From IMG/VR virus record IMGVR_UViG_3300045988_080614: a stretch of DNA of 64,000 nt; one strand, given 5' to 3'. Positions 36,851-46,632 of this stretch are shown here, one piece after another. Each line of letters opens with the position of its first letter. Positions within the stretch are counted from its first letter, which is position 1. Origin of the DNA: a virus. Under the pieces are notes generated by a model. That model did not search any database. It saw only the letters and a list, made by a program, of their open reading frames with translations, and had not been told where the DNA came from. Position numbers and translations under genes: made by a program.

Positions 36851-38019
36851 TCTTTAACTCTTTTTATTATACCACAAACAAACATACTTATAGTAGTATT
36901 AACTGTTTGTTTATTTCTTATCTTATCTAAATACTTATATACCTTTTCTAATTCTACTTTATTATTAGGTAATGGTAATTCATCAAAAGCACATACTGCA
37001 CCATCAAAGAATAAAGGAGCAATGCCTCCCATTTCACCATCTCGATTTATACATACTTCAAGAAATCTAATATTATCCTTAAATTTCTTTATATTATAAT
37101 CTAAATATGAATCTAAACTAAATCTAAATGGAGAAAATAATCCTAATAGTACATTGCAGTCTCTTGATATATACTTACTATCACCTAAACCCTGAGCACT
37201 AGGTCTTAATCTATTTAATTTAAAAGCATCATTACCTTCAGATTCAAAAGCTTGTTGCTGAATTACTACAGGAGAAAACTTATATCTGTTTCTTAAATAT
37301 TTAGCTAAATATTCTGACAATTTATCCATAGATTGTTTAAGAGTCATACCTCTTTCAGTATCTATAAGATTCATAGTATCAATAACAATTAACCTATATT
37401 CATTAGGGTCATCCTGTTCATAATGGTCAAATACTTCTGTTTCTTTTATTTGTCCCCATTCATCTTTATATTTACCCTTTTTAGTATATTCAGTACCATG
37501 TTGTCTAGCATAACTTTTACAATAATTAAGAATACCAGTAGGATTAGGCTTTTCTTCAGGAAATATAACATGTTCTTCAAAATACTTAATAATATCTTGA
37601 ACTTCATCAGATTGTAGTAAATCTAATACTTCCTGTGAAATAGCAGTAGTAGTACTTCTTAAATCTCTAGGAGATACTCTTATTGTATGATTACTATACT
37701 CGTATAGGAGCCAACATTCAAATCTTTGAAGAATTCTTTCAGGTGTTTCTTCTAAAGGAAAATATAAGACTTTAAGATTTGCTCCTACTTCTTTATGGTA
37801 ATAGCAATAAAGTAGTGGTTTATAGATAAAAGTATATGAAGTAAATTGAGACTTTCCACCTTTAGTAAAGGACGATATACAATAATATGTACTTTGTTCT
37901 ATACCAATAAAGTCATCTTTAAATCTAGTAAAAGAAGAAGGAATACAATTAATTTTACCTTCAAGTATTCTGTTTCTTCTTTTAACTAGATTATCATATA
38001 CTCTCTCTCTTAAACTCAT
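36838..38019 (-). CDS. DnaB/gp4-type replicative helicase (RecA-fold)
   Basis: Walker A-like SSFTKGGKSQFT and Walker B RLIVIDTMNLI. Size and its position next to the primase/ATPase fit. Confidence 0.5.
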   Translation of the reverse strand: MSLRERVYDNLVKRRNRILEGKINCIPSSFTRFKDDFIGIEQSTYYCISSFTKGGKSQFTSYTFIYKPLLYCYYHKEVGANLKVLYFPLEETPERILQRFECWLLYEYSNHTIRVSPRDLRSTTTAISQEVLDLLQSDEVQDIIKYFEEHVIFPEEKPNPTGILNYCKSYARQHGTEYTKKGKYKDEWGQIKETEVFDHYEQDDPNEYRLIVIDTMNLIDTERGMTLKQSMDKLSEYLAKYLRNRYKFSPVVIQQQAFESEGNDAFKLNRLRPSAQGLGDSKYISRDCNVLLGLFSPFRFSLDSYLDYNIKKFKDNIRFLEVCINRDGEMGGIAPLFFDGAVCAFDELPLPNNKVELEKVYKYLDKIRNKQTVNTTISMFVCGIIKRVKDLLE

Positions 38020-38372
38020 TAGAATGTCTTAATATACTCCTTCTGATGGTCAATATAATTGTTCATCTTCTCAATGGTAGCATTAAGTTTATCATCAAGA
38101 GCCATATTCCATTTAAGGAACTTCTTCAACTCTGCTTTGAATCTAGAGAAAGCTTCCTTTTCAGCTTTAGCTCTAGCAAGTTTCTTACCAGTTTCTACAT
38201 CAAAGGTATCACCCTTCTCTGTATTAAGCTTAGATACACCTACTGTTGTAAATCTAAGCTTAAACTTAGGTACAATAAACTTCTCAATAGCAGTTACAGT
38301 CTGCTTTACTTCATTTACCTTAAACTCAAGAGCTACATGCTGTAGCTTAAATGTTTCAATGTTGTTATTCAT
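38019..38372 (-). CDS. hypothetical protein (117 aa)
   Basis: ORF sharing 1 nt with the helicase start. Confidence 0.6.
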   Translation of the reverse strand: MNNNIETFKLQHVALEFKVNEVKQTVTAIEKFIVPKFKLRFTTVGVSKLNTEKGDTFDVETGKKLARAKAEKEAFSRFKAELKKFLKWNMALDDKLNATIEKMNNYIDHQKEYIKTF

Positions 38373-38466
38373 TTTACTTTATATTTAATTAATTAAACAA
38401 TAATTTATTTCTTAATATTAATAGGAGTATCTTCCTTAAAATACTCATATGTTGTAAATTCTTCTT

Positions 38467-39072
38467 TCATTTTAACTCTGATGTCCAATCATTATTAATA
38501 TTATCTTCCTGACCTTCATTCTCTATATAATCAGAAAGAATTGAAGTTACTACCTGTTCTCCATCTTTTACTTCAGATTTCCAAATAAAATACTTTAATA
38601 ATTTAAGATAAGTATAATCACCATTCATAGAATTAATATACTTCTGAGTAGCTGTAATTATTTGCTCATCTGTATAATTTGGATATCTTAAGAAGAAACT
38701 CTGTAACTTTTTTCTAATATCTTCTATATTACCTTTATAATAATAACTAGTTCCAGGCATTTTACCTTTAGGGTATATATCCCTTAGTTTTATTGCTAAA
38801 TTCTGACATCTAAGATTAACAATATTAATTGTTTTCTTAGTATCTTTACTACTATCAAGTAATATAGAATTACAGAGGTTAATACCTTTATTAATAACAC
38901 TATATTTCTTATTTAATTCAAAAAGAGAACAATTACATTTAGTAATTAATCCCTTTTCAATTAAATCTTCATACAGTTTATCATTTTGGCATTGTAAAGC
39001 AAGTAATATAAATACTTGCTGAGCAGTAAGATTATATTTCTCACATACTGTATCATCTATAACAAATTTCAT
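38467..39072 (-). CDS. hypothetical protein (201 aa)
   Basis: ORF overlapping the SF2 helicase stop. Confidence 0.65.
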   Translation of the reverse strand: MKFVIDDTVCEKYNLTAQQVFILLALQCQNDKLYEDLIEKGLITKCNCSLFELNKKYSVINKGINLCNSILLDSSKDTKKTINIVNLRCQNLAIKLRDIYPKGKMPGTSYYYKGNIEDIRKKLQSFFLRYPNYTDEQIITATQKYINSMNGDYTYLKLLKYFIWKSEVKDGEQVVTSILSDYIENEGQEDNINNDWTSELK

Positions 39073-40286
39073 AGCTTAATATCTTTAATATCAGTAATTT
39101 CTTTTATCATAGAACTATCATAATCCTTAAGCATTTTATCTTTTAATTCCTCATCTCTAGTATCTTTAAAATAAGGTATAATAACTATTGGTTTAGGATG
39201 TCTTAATAATCTTCCAAATTTCTGTTGTGAAAGAATTTCTGAAGCATTTAAATTACAGAATAATCCTACTCTGCAATTAGTTAAATTCATACCTTCTGAA
39301 AGCATATTAACACTAGATATATGATTAATCTTACTATTATTGAAATCATCAAGATTCTGTAAAGAATTCTTATTCTTACTATTAATAGGAGCATAATCTT
39401 TAAACTTTAAAGACTGCTCAATATTATTACAGAATAAGAGTACTCTCTGGTCCTGTAAGATACAGATAATAGATTGGCATATATCTACCTTCTGTTCTGA
39501 AAGCCATTTTAATCTTTCTGAAGCTGCTCTAAGCCATTTATTCTTAAAGACTATAGTTTTATTAAACATAAACTTTCTTTTATACCAGTCTATTTTATCA
39601 CTTAACTCATTATAATATTGCTTTTGGGTACATTTGATAATTATCTTTCTTGTAGTAAATCTTTTAATGAAATTCCATCTTTCATCATAATTACAAGTAA
39701 CAGGATTGCTACATCTAGGATTCTTTATTATCTCTGCTACACTTTTAATATTATCTAAATATAAAGGAATAGTATAAATTATAGGTGTAGGTAATACTTC
39801 ATCTTTAATACCATCAGCAATGTTACCTTTAACTATATTATAAGTACCCAAAGATTTCATATAATCCATAATATCACGAGGAATTGTAGCACTTAAAAAT
39901 AGTAATTTAACATTAGGATTAACCTTAAAAATATCATCAAGGATTTCCCTTTTAAGTTCACTTAAATGATGAGCTTCATCAAATACTATACAATCACAAT
40001 ATTTATTAAGTTTATGAATACTATTATAACAAAGAATTTCTACTTTATCTGTATTACATCCCCATTTCTTTATTTCTTCTTTCCAATTATTTATTAATGG
40101 TTGTCTGGGAACAATAATACTAACAGTAGTTTCTTCTTCATTTTGTTTAAAATTAAAATCTACTATCTTATTAATACAGTCAATAGCAAGTTTTGACTTA
40201 CCATATCCAGTTCCAAGATATAAGATAGTAGATTTTACTAATAATACTTTACTTAAAGCATTATCAGCAGCTTCTTCTCTAGTCAT
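39069..40286 (-). CDS. SF2 (DEAD/DEAH-box type) helicase
   Basis: Motif I LGTGYGKSKLAI, motif II VFDEAHHL, motif VI QKFGRLLRH. Confidence 0.65.
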   Translation of the reverse strand: MTREEAADNALSKVLLVKSTILYLGTGYGKSKLAIDCINKIVDFNFKQNEEETTVSIIVPRQPLINNWKEEIKKWGCNTDKVEILCYNSIHKLNKYCDCIVFDEAHHLSELKREILDDIFKVNPNVKLLFLSATIPRDIMDYMKSLGTYNIVKGNIADGIKDEVLPTPIIYTIPLYLDNIKSVAEIIKNPRCSNPVTCNYDERWNFIKRFTTRKIIIKCTQKQYYNELSDKIDWYKRKFMFNKTIVFKNKWLRAASERLKWLSEQKVDICQSIICILQDQRVLLFCNNIEQSLKFKDYAPINSKNKNSLQNLDDFNNSKINHISSVNMLSEGMNLTNCRVGLFCNLNASEILSQQKFGRLLRHPKPIVIIPYFKDTRDEELKDKMLKDYDSSMIKEITDIKDIKL

Positions 40287-40707
40287 TATCTGGATTTACT
40301 TCTTTATAAAACATAATTTTATCTGATACTATTTGAGTATCATTAATAATTATAGTACTACCTTTAGGAATAATGAATTTGGCAACAACATACTCTGGAA
40401 ACCAAAGTACAGATTTCTTAAGGTCTTTTAGAGTCTTAAAACTATGAAAACCATTTGTAACTACAATATCAATATATTCATCTTCTTTTTTAAATCCTAT
40501 CCGTAAAGGACTAGTACATATCTTTTTCTTCTTATATTTACAAGTATAAAAAGGTGCAAAATAGGAATTCTTAGTAGGAAAAGGAAATAATCTAGCATAT
40601 TTAACCACAATTTTATATACTATTGTATCCTTCTCAAGAATTTCTGTTATTCCTTCATACTCACCTTTTAGATAATTAGTGAGAGGTATTCTTTTACAAA
40701 AACACAT
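40279..40707 (-). CDS. MC(F/W)-family protein, paralog 1 (unknown function)
   Basis: Shares these motifs with 49526..49981 and 50200..50622: N-terminal MC(F/W), VYK(I/V), G-x-HS, F-I-(I/V)-PKGS...(I/V)VS..I.Y. Confidence 0.65.
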   Translation of the reverse strand: MCFCKRIPLTNYLKGEYEGITEILEKDTIVYKIVVKYARLFPFPTKNSYFAPFYTCKYKKKKICTSPLRIGFKKEDEYIDIVVTNGFHSFKTLKDLKKSVLWFPEYVVAKFIIPKGSTIIINDTQIVSDKIMFYKEVNPDND

Positions 40708-41117
40708 TATAATATCTTTACTTTAACATTATTAATACTAATTCTCTTTGAGTCTTTAGGGTGTATAAGTATGTCTATTCTATGTTTATGTCTTTTATTC
40801 ATAACATCTTTAACTAAATACACTCCATAACCTTCAATATACACTTTCTTAGGTTTATTCTTAGGGAATAAATAAAGTAAGTCTCTAGAGATTGCACACC
40901 ATTTAATCTTATTATTTTTTAAATGATGTAGATTTATCTTACTACCATCAGCAGTAATCAATGGTTGATTATTACACTGACTTTTAACTGGCTGGTAACA
41001 AGTCAACTTTACATGAGTTACAGTTTGTGCACAGCATTTAATAGTAGTAAAACATAACATTGCTACTATAATAAGTATATATAATGCAAAACCACAACTA
41101 ATTCTTATATTCTTCAT
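40707..41117 (-). CDS. secreted 3D-domain (MltA/RlpA-like double-psi beta-barrel) protein, putative peptidoglycan lytic enzyme
   Basis: N-terminal signal/TM segment. LTCYQP...ITADGSKI...WCAISRD...VYIEGYGVYLVKDVMNKRHKHRIDIL fits the 3D-domain pattern TaY..TAsG..iAv..v.i.G.g.y.v.D....iDi. Confidence 0.5.
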   Translation of the reverse strand: MKNIRISCGFALYILIIVAMLCFTTIKCCAQTVTHVKLTCYQPVKSQCNNQPLITADGSKINLHHLKNNKIKWCAISRDLLYLFPKNKPKKVYIEGYGVYLVKDVMNKRHKHRIDILIHPKDSKRISINNVKVKIL

Positions 41118-41128
41118 AATTAATTCTT

Positions 41129-41308
41129 TTATAATGTAAGTAATCTTTTATAAGTCCTTACATAATTTCCATTATTATCTCTACCATTATACCACATAAT
41201 AAATACATAATTTCCATTAGACAATATCATATCTACTTTAGGACTATACTTATTATATAGGAATAATAAAAGAATAATAATACATACTATTATTATAATC
41301 TTTATCAT
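41129..41308 (-). CDS. small membrane protein (59 aa, below the track cutoff)
   Basis: Hand translation: MIKIIIIVCIIILLLFLYNKYSPK... Confidence 0.35.
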   Translation of the reverse strand: MIKIIIIVCIIILLLFLYNKYSPKVDMILSNGNYVFIMWYNGRDNNGNYVRTYKRLLTL

Positions 41309-41320
41309 ACTTTTAGTTAT

Positions 41321-41360
41321 TAAAAAGTGATAGTAGTGTGTTTCACAACAGACTACTATC
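41321..41360 (-). terminator. intrinsic terminator after the 98-aa gene
   Basis: 9-bp stem GATAGTAGT/ACTACTATC (41329-41337 / 41352-41360), followed on the minus strand by ACTTTTTAATAA. Confidence 0.55.
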
Positions 41361-41403
41361 TAAGTGTTAAAACCTTTATAAACAAACCGTCTATTTCACA
41401 TAT

Positions 41404-41700
41404 TTAATCATTAAAAACTTCATAATCCATAACTTTTCCCAAGCAGTCATGTGCTATTCTATTAAGATGAGATTCAAATCTCTTCTTTTTAGACATAGAG
41501 AGCCATTCTACCCTTTTACTCCATTCAGGGCACTCTTTGGAAGTCATATAATCATATGATTCATTAGAGATATTTAGCACTCTTACTCTTACAGGAGTAC
41601 GAGTTACCTTAAAATTAATATCAAAATTACCTTTAACAGAGAAATTTACTGATTCTTCAAATCCTCCTTCAATAATCTTTACACTAGCTTTAACTTCCAT
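41404..41700 (-). CDS. hypothetical protein (98 aa)
   Basis: ORF with ATG start; first gene after a 485-nt non-coding stretch. Confidence 0.6.
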   Translation of the reverse strand: MEVKASVKIIEGGFEESVNFSVKGNFDINFKVTRTPVRVRVLNISNESYDYMTSKECPEWSKRVEWLSMSKKKRFESHLNRIAHDCLGKVMDYEVFND

Positions 41701-42184
41701 AGTTTTTTATTTATTTATTATTCTTCATATAATTTTAAATTAAAGTTAACAGTTTTACTATTGAAAACTGTTATGTAAAAGTCACTTTTCTTTAATAACA
41801 AGAAATAGTAAAAACTCACTAGCTTTTTCTTTAAAATCTTAGTTTCAAAATCACATAAGTACGTTTATAGTCATTACTTTTTGCATTTGTGGACTATAGA
41901 AAATACTATTATTACTCTATTTTTATTGATTAGCGAGTATTCAAAAAATAGTAGACCAAAAAATTTTACTCGAATTTCTTTATTTGTTATGTTATAATTA
42001 TTAGTATTTTCTATTTCATTTTAAATATTTCATTTAATACATATATTATCATACATATATAAATAAAACAAAATATACTAGCTATTATTGCCATATAGTT
42101 TAGGGTAAATTAAGAATTATTAATATTATTATAAAAATACATAAAAGAGCTATAATATATTCCATATACTTTAATTTAAATAAG

Positions 42185-42571
42185 TTAATATCTTACACCA
42201 AAAGGTTTACCATCCATAAAGGTAAAACACTCAAATATTTTTTCATAAGTCCAACTTGTATCTTGATGACCTATTAGTGTTCTATCTTCATCTAAAAGAG
42301 TTATTAAACGATGAACATTATTATCTGTTTTTATCCAACCATAAGGATTATGATACTGCATTTCTTCTAGACATTCTTTTAAATTTTTAAAAGGTCTATA
42401 CTTTACTTCTGGTTTAATTCTATAATTATTAATATTTTTTATCAAGCTACTAATATCAGTTATAAAAGCAGGTTTCCATTCATTAAGGATAGAAGAATAA
42501 AATTCAATTTCTCTTCCAGCTAAATAAGCCTGCAATATTTCAACTAGCTTTTTTACCCTATCTTTATTCAT
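42185..42571 (-). CDS. hypothetical protein (128 aa)
   Basis: ORF with ATG start. Confidence 0.65.
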   Translation of the reverse strand: MNKDRVKKLVEILQAYLAGREIEFYSSILNEWKPAFITDISSLIKNINNYRIKPEVKYRPFKNLKECLEEMQYHNPYGWIKTDNNVHRLITLLDEDRTLIGHQDTSWTYEKIFECFTFMDGKPFGVRY

Positions 42572-42601
42572 ATTACTTTCTATTTAAATTAGTTTGATTT
42601 T

Positions 42602-42781
42602 TCAAGATATAATGTCAAATATAATATAATCAGCTAAAAGAATAAATACTCCTATTATAAATAAACCAAATAGGGAATCTAGTTCAAACGCAAATAGGAT
42701 TATACTAGAAACAATAAGAACATCTCCTACTAATCCTAATATAATAATAAGATATTTTATCATTTTATTTTTAATTTCCAT
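42602..42781 (-). CDS. small two-TM membrane protein (59 aa)
   Basis: Hand translation: MEIKNKMIKYLIIILGLVGDVLIVSSIILFAFELDSLFGLFIIGVFILL... Confidence 0.35.
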   Translation of the reverse strand: MEIKNKMIKYLIIILGLVGDVLIVSSIILFAFELDSLFGLFIIGVFILLADYIIFDIIS

Positions 42782-42806
42782 TATACTTTTATTTTTTATC
42801 CAAATC

Positions 42807-42947
42807 CTATTTCTCCTTCAACTCTTCAAGTGCTAAGAATAACTCATTTTGAATATGAATTATTGTACCTTGACTTAGCTTTATTCTTTTTAAACCAATA
42901 ATCTTAGAAATATTATTAATGTGAACTATAGCTTTTTCTTTGCTCAT
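42807..42947 (-). CDS. small hypothetical protein (46 aa)
   Basis: Hand translation: MSKEKAIVHINNISKIIGLKRIKLSQGT... AGGAGGA lies 6 nt upstream of the ATG. TAATG overlap with the upstream stop. Confidence 0.35.
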   Translation of the reverse strand: MSKEKAIVHINNISKIIGLKRIKLSQGTIIHIQNELFLALEELKEK

Positions 42948-43318
42948 TACTTATCCTCCTTAAAATCTATTTCTTTTAAGCAGTTTAAATCTGGATAATA
43001 ACAAGTTGTCTTAGGATAGCCAAATTCTATCACTTCTTCCTCTTGTTTATGCAAAAGAAGAGAAAGTATTTTTAATCGTTCTTGTGAATCACGCAACTGC
43101 TTTAAGTATTTTTCCTTTTGACCTTTGTCAGAAAGGTCATAGTCTAATTCGCAACAACGTTCTTTTCTTGGCATAAAGTTCAGAGGATGAACAATGTGTT
43201 TATCATCCTCATCTTCTTTGCCAAAGCATTGCACTATTATATTAGCACTATAATTTGTACTGTCTGGCTGTAAGTTTTGTATTTTAATGCCAAACTTCTT
43301 TATCTGCTCTTCTGTCAT
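42947..43318 (-). CDS. hypothetical protein (123 aa)
   Basis: ORF in a visibly GC-richer stretch. Confidence 0.65.
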   Translation of the reverse strand: MTEEQIKKFGIKIQNLQPDSTNYSANIIVQCFGKEDEDDKHIVHPLNFMPRKERCCELDYDLSDKGQKEKYLKQLRDSQERLKILSLLLHKQEEEVIEFGYPKTTCYYPDLNCLKEIDFKEDK

Positions 43319-43366
43319 ATCTCTTTCTTTTTATCCTCTCCCTTTCAACAGGGAGAGGGAGTTTTG

Positions 43367-43606
43367 TTACACTAGGTTAAGACTTACGGCAGTACATTTC
43401 TTGAAATCCAAGTTCATATCTGCCATACGATATTCCAGAGCTTCAAGGTAGGCAGTCATACCTACAGACTGCTTCACCATTAGCTTATACTGGTACTCGC
43501 CAACTTTCTGCAAGAAACCTTCCTTCTTCAAGGCTGCATTCAACTTACTTAAATGCTCTACTAACTCATCATGCTCATCAAGCATTCTTTTCTGATAATC
43601 TTCCAT
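43367..43606 (-). CDS. hypothetical helical protein (79 aa)
   Basis: The track start at 43660 is TTG; the first ATG (MEDYQKRML) is at 43606. Confidence 0.55.
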   Translation of the reverse strand: MEDYQKRMLDEHDELVEHLSKLNAALKKEGFLQKVGEYQYKLMVKQSVGMTAYLEALEYRMADMNLDFKKCTAVSLNLV

Positions 43607-43641
43607 ATTATTTATATTTATATTTCGTAAAAACTGATTAG

Positions 43642-44034
43642 TTACTTGTTTGGGATGCAACGATTCTCAAACTTCTTGTAAGCATCAAGATAAAACTCAT
43701 CTTTAGCTTTGTTGTATGTTACCTCATAGTACATACCATCAGGTAGTGTTGTTGAAAGAAGCCACTTTGCATTACCAAGAATGTAACACTGCCATACTAC
43801 ATATACTTCAAACTCTTGTTTTGAATCACTCTTATCCAAGTGTTCCTCAACATATTTATGTACAAATTCACTTACTTTTTTATTCATATTATTCTCATTT
43901 ATGTCTTCGTTTACTTCAATGTATTTAATTGGGTTGTCTTTATCTACAAGACAAGCCATGTTAAAACATTGAAGGTTATCTTTAAATATACACCCTACAC
44001 ATTCCAATGTAGGGTTTGGAACTTCCTTAATCAT
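43642..44034 (-). CDS. hypothetical protein (130 aa), Cys-rich N-terminus
   Basis: ECVGCIFKDNLQCFNMAC near the N-terminus. Confidence 0.65.
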   Translation of the reverse strand: MIKEVPNPTLECVGCIFKDNLQCFNMACLVDKDNPIKYIEVNEDINENNMNKKVSEFVHKYVEEHLDKSDSKQEFEVYVVWQCYILGNAKWLLSTTLPDGMYYEVTYNKAKDEFYLDAYKKFENRCIPNK

Positions 44035-44049
44035 AATTACTATCTATTA

Positions 44050-44265
44050 CTAAAGCTCATCAAACTCTTTTTGCAATCTCTGTTTTGTTTCATTCAGAAG
44101 TTGCTTGAATTTAGTCTCAAATTCCTTATCACACTGTGATAGCCCCCAAATAGCATCAGCAATTCTAAAATTACCTGATTTTGAAGACATATTTAAGAGT
44201 TCATCTACTTTAGGAATTAAACTCTTTGCTAAGATATTTCCTCTTTCTAATTTTTCTGTATTCAT
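44050..44265 (-). CDS. hypothetical protein (71 aa)
   Basis: ORF with ATG start. Confidence 0.55.
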   Translation of the reverse strand: MNTEKLERGNILAKSLIPKVDELLNMSSKSGNFRIADAIWGLSQCDKEFETKFKQLLNETKQRLQKEFDEL

Positions 44266-44327
44266 ATTACTATCTATTTATCCTTTATAGGATGTTAGAC
44301 TTTTTCTTAATTCTTCTTCTGTTATAG

Positions 44328-44453
44328 TTATTTTCTATTAACTTCTGTTGGGTCATAACATCCATCTATTTTACACCCTTGTCCTAATATTGAATGTTTA
44401 CATCTAATGTTTTCAAAATAAGGACAGGGTGGTTGCTTTCTTTGTTTACCCAT
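44328..44453 (-). CDS. small Cys-rich protein (41 aa)
   Basis: Hand translation: MGKQRKQPPCPYFENIRCKHSILGQGCKIDGCYD... AAGGAGG lies 5 nt upstream of the ATG. Confidence 0.4.
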   Translation of the reverse strand: MGKQRKQPPCPYFENIRCKHSILGQGCKIDGCYDPTEVNRK

Positions 44454-44474
44454 ATTACCTCCTTACAGGATAAA

Positions 44475-44720
44475 TTATTCTACTTTCTCATAAGTTGCTA
44501 AGAAAATATCAGGCTTACAAGGATAGAATTCTCCCTTTACACCTTTAATAATGTAATCACCAATAGATGCTTCCATATCTCCTTCTAAAGTATGAATTAT
44601 AAGGGTAGTACCTTTATTTGTAATACTTTCACCTATAAAATCATCAATTTCTGAGAGATTTGTTCCCAGCCACTGAATAGCCTCAATGATAACTGGCTTC
44701 TTTCTATATTTGTTATTCAT
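44475..44720 (-). CDS. PGDYG-domain phage protein
   Basis: [11 protein letters not shown]... [28 protein letters not shown] matches the PGDYG family pattern. Confidence 0.55.
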   Translation of the reverse strand: MNNKYRKKPVIIEAIQWLGTNLSEIDDFIGESITNKGTTLIIHTLEGDMEASIGDYIIKGVKGEFYPCKPDIFLATYEKVE

Positions 44721-44856
44721 TATTTTTAATTGATTTAGTTATTATACTACAATACTTAATAGCTTTAATTGCTATCCAAATAGCATGTTTTTGCTTAGGG
44801 TCAATAAGATTACTTCTAATTTTAAATAATATTTTTATAACCTCTTTTATATTCAT
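44713..44856 (-). CDS. small hypothetical protein (47 aa)
   Basis: Hand translation: [27 protein letters not shown]... Abuts the upstream stop and overlaps the next ATG. Confidence 0.3.
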   Translation of the reverse strand: MNIKEVIKILFKIRSNLIDPKQKHAIWIAIKAIKYCSIITKSIKNNE

Positions 44857-45231
44857 TTATACTTCTATTTTTAAAGAAATATCAAGACCAAATAAAAGAT
44901 GCTGTAAATCAGGAACATTTTCTACAGCTCTTAACCATACAATAGACTTATTTACTACTTTATAAGCAGCATAATTAGTATTACTTTTACAAAGTCTTAT
45001 ATGATAAGAATCATTAAAATAACCATCTTTATCCTTTTTCCATCCATTCTTTTCAAGAATTTCTGGGGTAAGAGGTATATCTTCAATAAAGTCATCACAG
45101 ATAACTCCATTAAAATTATCTTTAACCCCTTTAAAACAATATCCATACTTTGAAGTATTAGTTACTTCTATTAAGTATTTAGTATTACCTATTTTATAAT
45201 GTAATAAATCACTAGTAATATATTTTGGCAT
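44857..45231 (-). CDS. hypothetical protein (124 aa)
   Basis: ORF with ATG start. Confidence 0.65.
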   Translation of the reverse strand: MPKYITSDLLHYKIGNTKYLIEVTNTSKYGYCFKGVKDNFNGVICDDFIEDIPLTPEILEKNGWKKDKDGYFNDSYHIRLCKSNTNYAAYKVVNKSIVWLRAVENVPDLQHLLFGLDISLKIEV

Positions 45232-45257
45232 AATAATTAATTAATTTTTATTAATAC

Positions 45258-45422
45258 TTAATCTTCTGCTATTTCTATTCCAAATGTTACTATAAAGCCA
45301 AGAAGAGTAAAGAATGTAAAGATTCCTATAGCATCATTTTTAAATAGATAATAACTATATACTTCTAATATCACTATTAATAAGTAAGCAATAAGGATAA
45401 TACATAATTTAAATACTTTCAT
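45258..45422 (-). CDS. small two-TM membrane protein (54 aa)
   Basis: Hand translation: MKVFKLCIILIAYLLIVILEVYSYYLFKNDAIGIFTFFTLLGFIVTFG... Confidence 0.3.
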   Translation of the reverse strand: MKVFKLCIILIAYLLIVILEVYSYYLFKNDAIGIFTFFTLLGFIVTFGIEIAED

Positions 45423-45427
45423 AATTG

Positions 45428-45589
45428 TTAAAATTTAATTCTAAAATCTTTACCTTTAAGAGTAGGTCTCTTACTTAAGATAAATTTTTCTAATTCTTCT
45501 AAATCAATAGGGAAGATTGAATTATATTTATATTTTAAAGTACAAATAAATCTTCCATTAAGCATAATGTCAAATGTAAATATTTCCAT
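45428..45589 (-). CDS. small hypothetical protein (53 aa)
   Basis: Hand translation: MEIFTFDIMLNGRFICTLKYKYNSIFPIDLEELEKF... Confidence 0.3.
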   Translation of the reverse strand: MEIFTFDIMLNGRFICTLKYKYNSIFPIDLEELEKFILSKRPTLKGKDFRIKF

Positions 45590-45597
45590 TATTCATT

Positions 45598-45852
45598 TCA
45601 TTTATTATAAATTACAACCGAATCTACAGGAGTTTTACCTTCATAAGTAATTCTTAATTCTGTATTACCTTTATATACATCTAAAGCTGTAGGAGTTTTG
45701 TTTATGTATGCCATGATAAATGATGACTCAATAACCACAATAATTAAAAGCACAATAGAAATAATACTACTATATTTATCACTTATTATAATTGCACAAA
45801 TTATCGTTACAGTAGCAATTAACATAAGAATAATATATGCTAATATAATCAT
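45598..45852 (-). CDS. small two-TM membrane protein (84 aa)
   Basis: IILAYIILMLIATVTIICAIII and SIISIVLLIIVVIESSFIMAYI are the TM segments. AAGGAGGGAGG lies upstream of the ATG. Confidence 0.6.
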   Translation of the reverse strand: MIILAYIILMLIATVTIICAIIISDKYSSIISIVLLIIVVIESSFIMAYINKTPTALDVYKGNTELRITYEGKTPVDSVVIYNK

Positions 45853-46208
45853 TATTTACCTCCCTCCTTTGGTAATAAATCATCAATGTAGAGCCAACGA
45901 GTGATGCCTAACTCTTTAACCGTCTGCTTCCAATCATCAGCATCTACTTCATCCAAACTTGCCCATTTACACATTGAACCTGTATATCTAAACAAAATGG
46001 CAGACTTATCCTTTGGCTCTTCAATAGCATCATACCAGAGGTTGTTTAAAAACCAGTTTATGGCTGCTTTAAATGATTCCTTGACATCTTCTTCTCTATA
46101 CAGAACCATAGAGCCTATTTTGCCAATCTCATCCTCATTAAGCCCATAAGAGCCTAGATTATTAAGTTGCCTTTCAGTAGCCTCTTCTATTTTCCTATTA
46201 TCTATCAT
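45852..46208 (-). CDS. hypothetical protein (118 aa)
   Basis: AAGGAGGA lies 7 nt upstream of the ATG. GC-richer stretch. Confidence 0.65.
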   Translation of the reverse strand: MIDNRKIEEATERQLNNLGSYGLNEDEIGKIGSMVLYREEDVKESFKAAINWFLNNLWYDAIEEPKDKSAILFRYTGSMCKWASLDEVDADDWKQTVKELGITRWLYIDDLLPKEGGK

Positions 46209-46211
46209 AGC

Positions 46212-46535
46212 TTAATCCTCCTTTAATATTTCTATCAACTTATCAGCCCTCTTAATTGCAAGCCTTTCCTCAATGAAACAAGTTTCATTTGGCTTCGAAA
46301 TAAGTATCTTTAAAAGTTCTTTTGCTAGCTCATATCTTCTCTGCTCCCAATTAATTGTAGCATCTAAGTTGGGAATTTCTTCAAAGTCCCAATAGTAGTT
46401 AAGAGGTTCTTCTACATGTTCTGCACCTTTGCTATCTATATATGAAACACTATCATATTTACATCTTCTGGTAGTACAATTAAAACAGACAATATTCACA
46501 ATTTCGCCTGTCTTTCTGATTTTAGCTTTTTTCAT
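46212..46535 (-). CDS. hypothetical protein (107 aa)
   Basis: The track start at 46538 is GTG; the adjacent ATG is at 46535. AAAGGAAG lies upstream. Confidence 0.65.
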   Translation of the reverse strand: MKKAKIRKTGEIVNIVCFNCTTRRCKYDSVSYIDSKGAEHVEEPLNYYWDFEEIPNLDATINWEQRRYELAKELLKILISKPNETCFIEERLAIKRADKLIEILKED

Positions 46536-46632
46536 CACTCACTTCCTTTCGTAATTAAGTCAAACAACTCATCTACAAATATTCAATCAGTAAAAGTATT
46601 ACTTCCTTAACACCTTTCATAAATTACTTATT

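Noticed and set aside
43335-43358. Hairpin CCTCTCCC-tttcaaca-GGGAGAGG as the terminator of the 43367..43606 gene
   Set aside because: On the transcribed (minus) strand the stem is followed by an A-rich rather than a U-rich tract. Its orientation fits a + strand terminator, but no + strand gene is nearby, so it is left uncalled.
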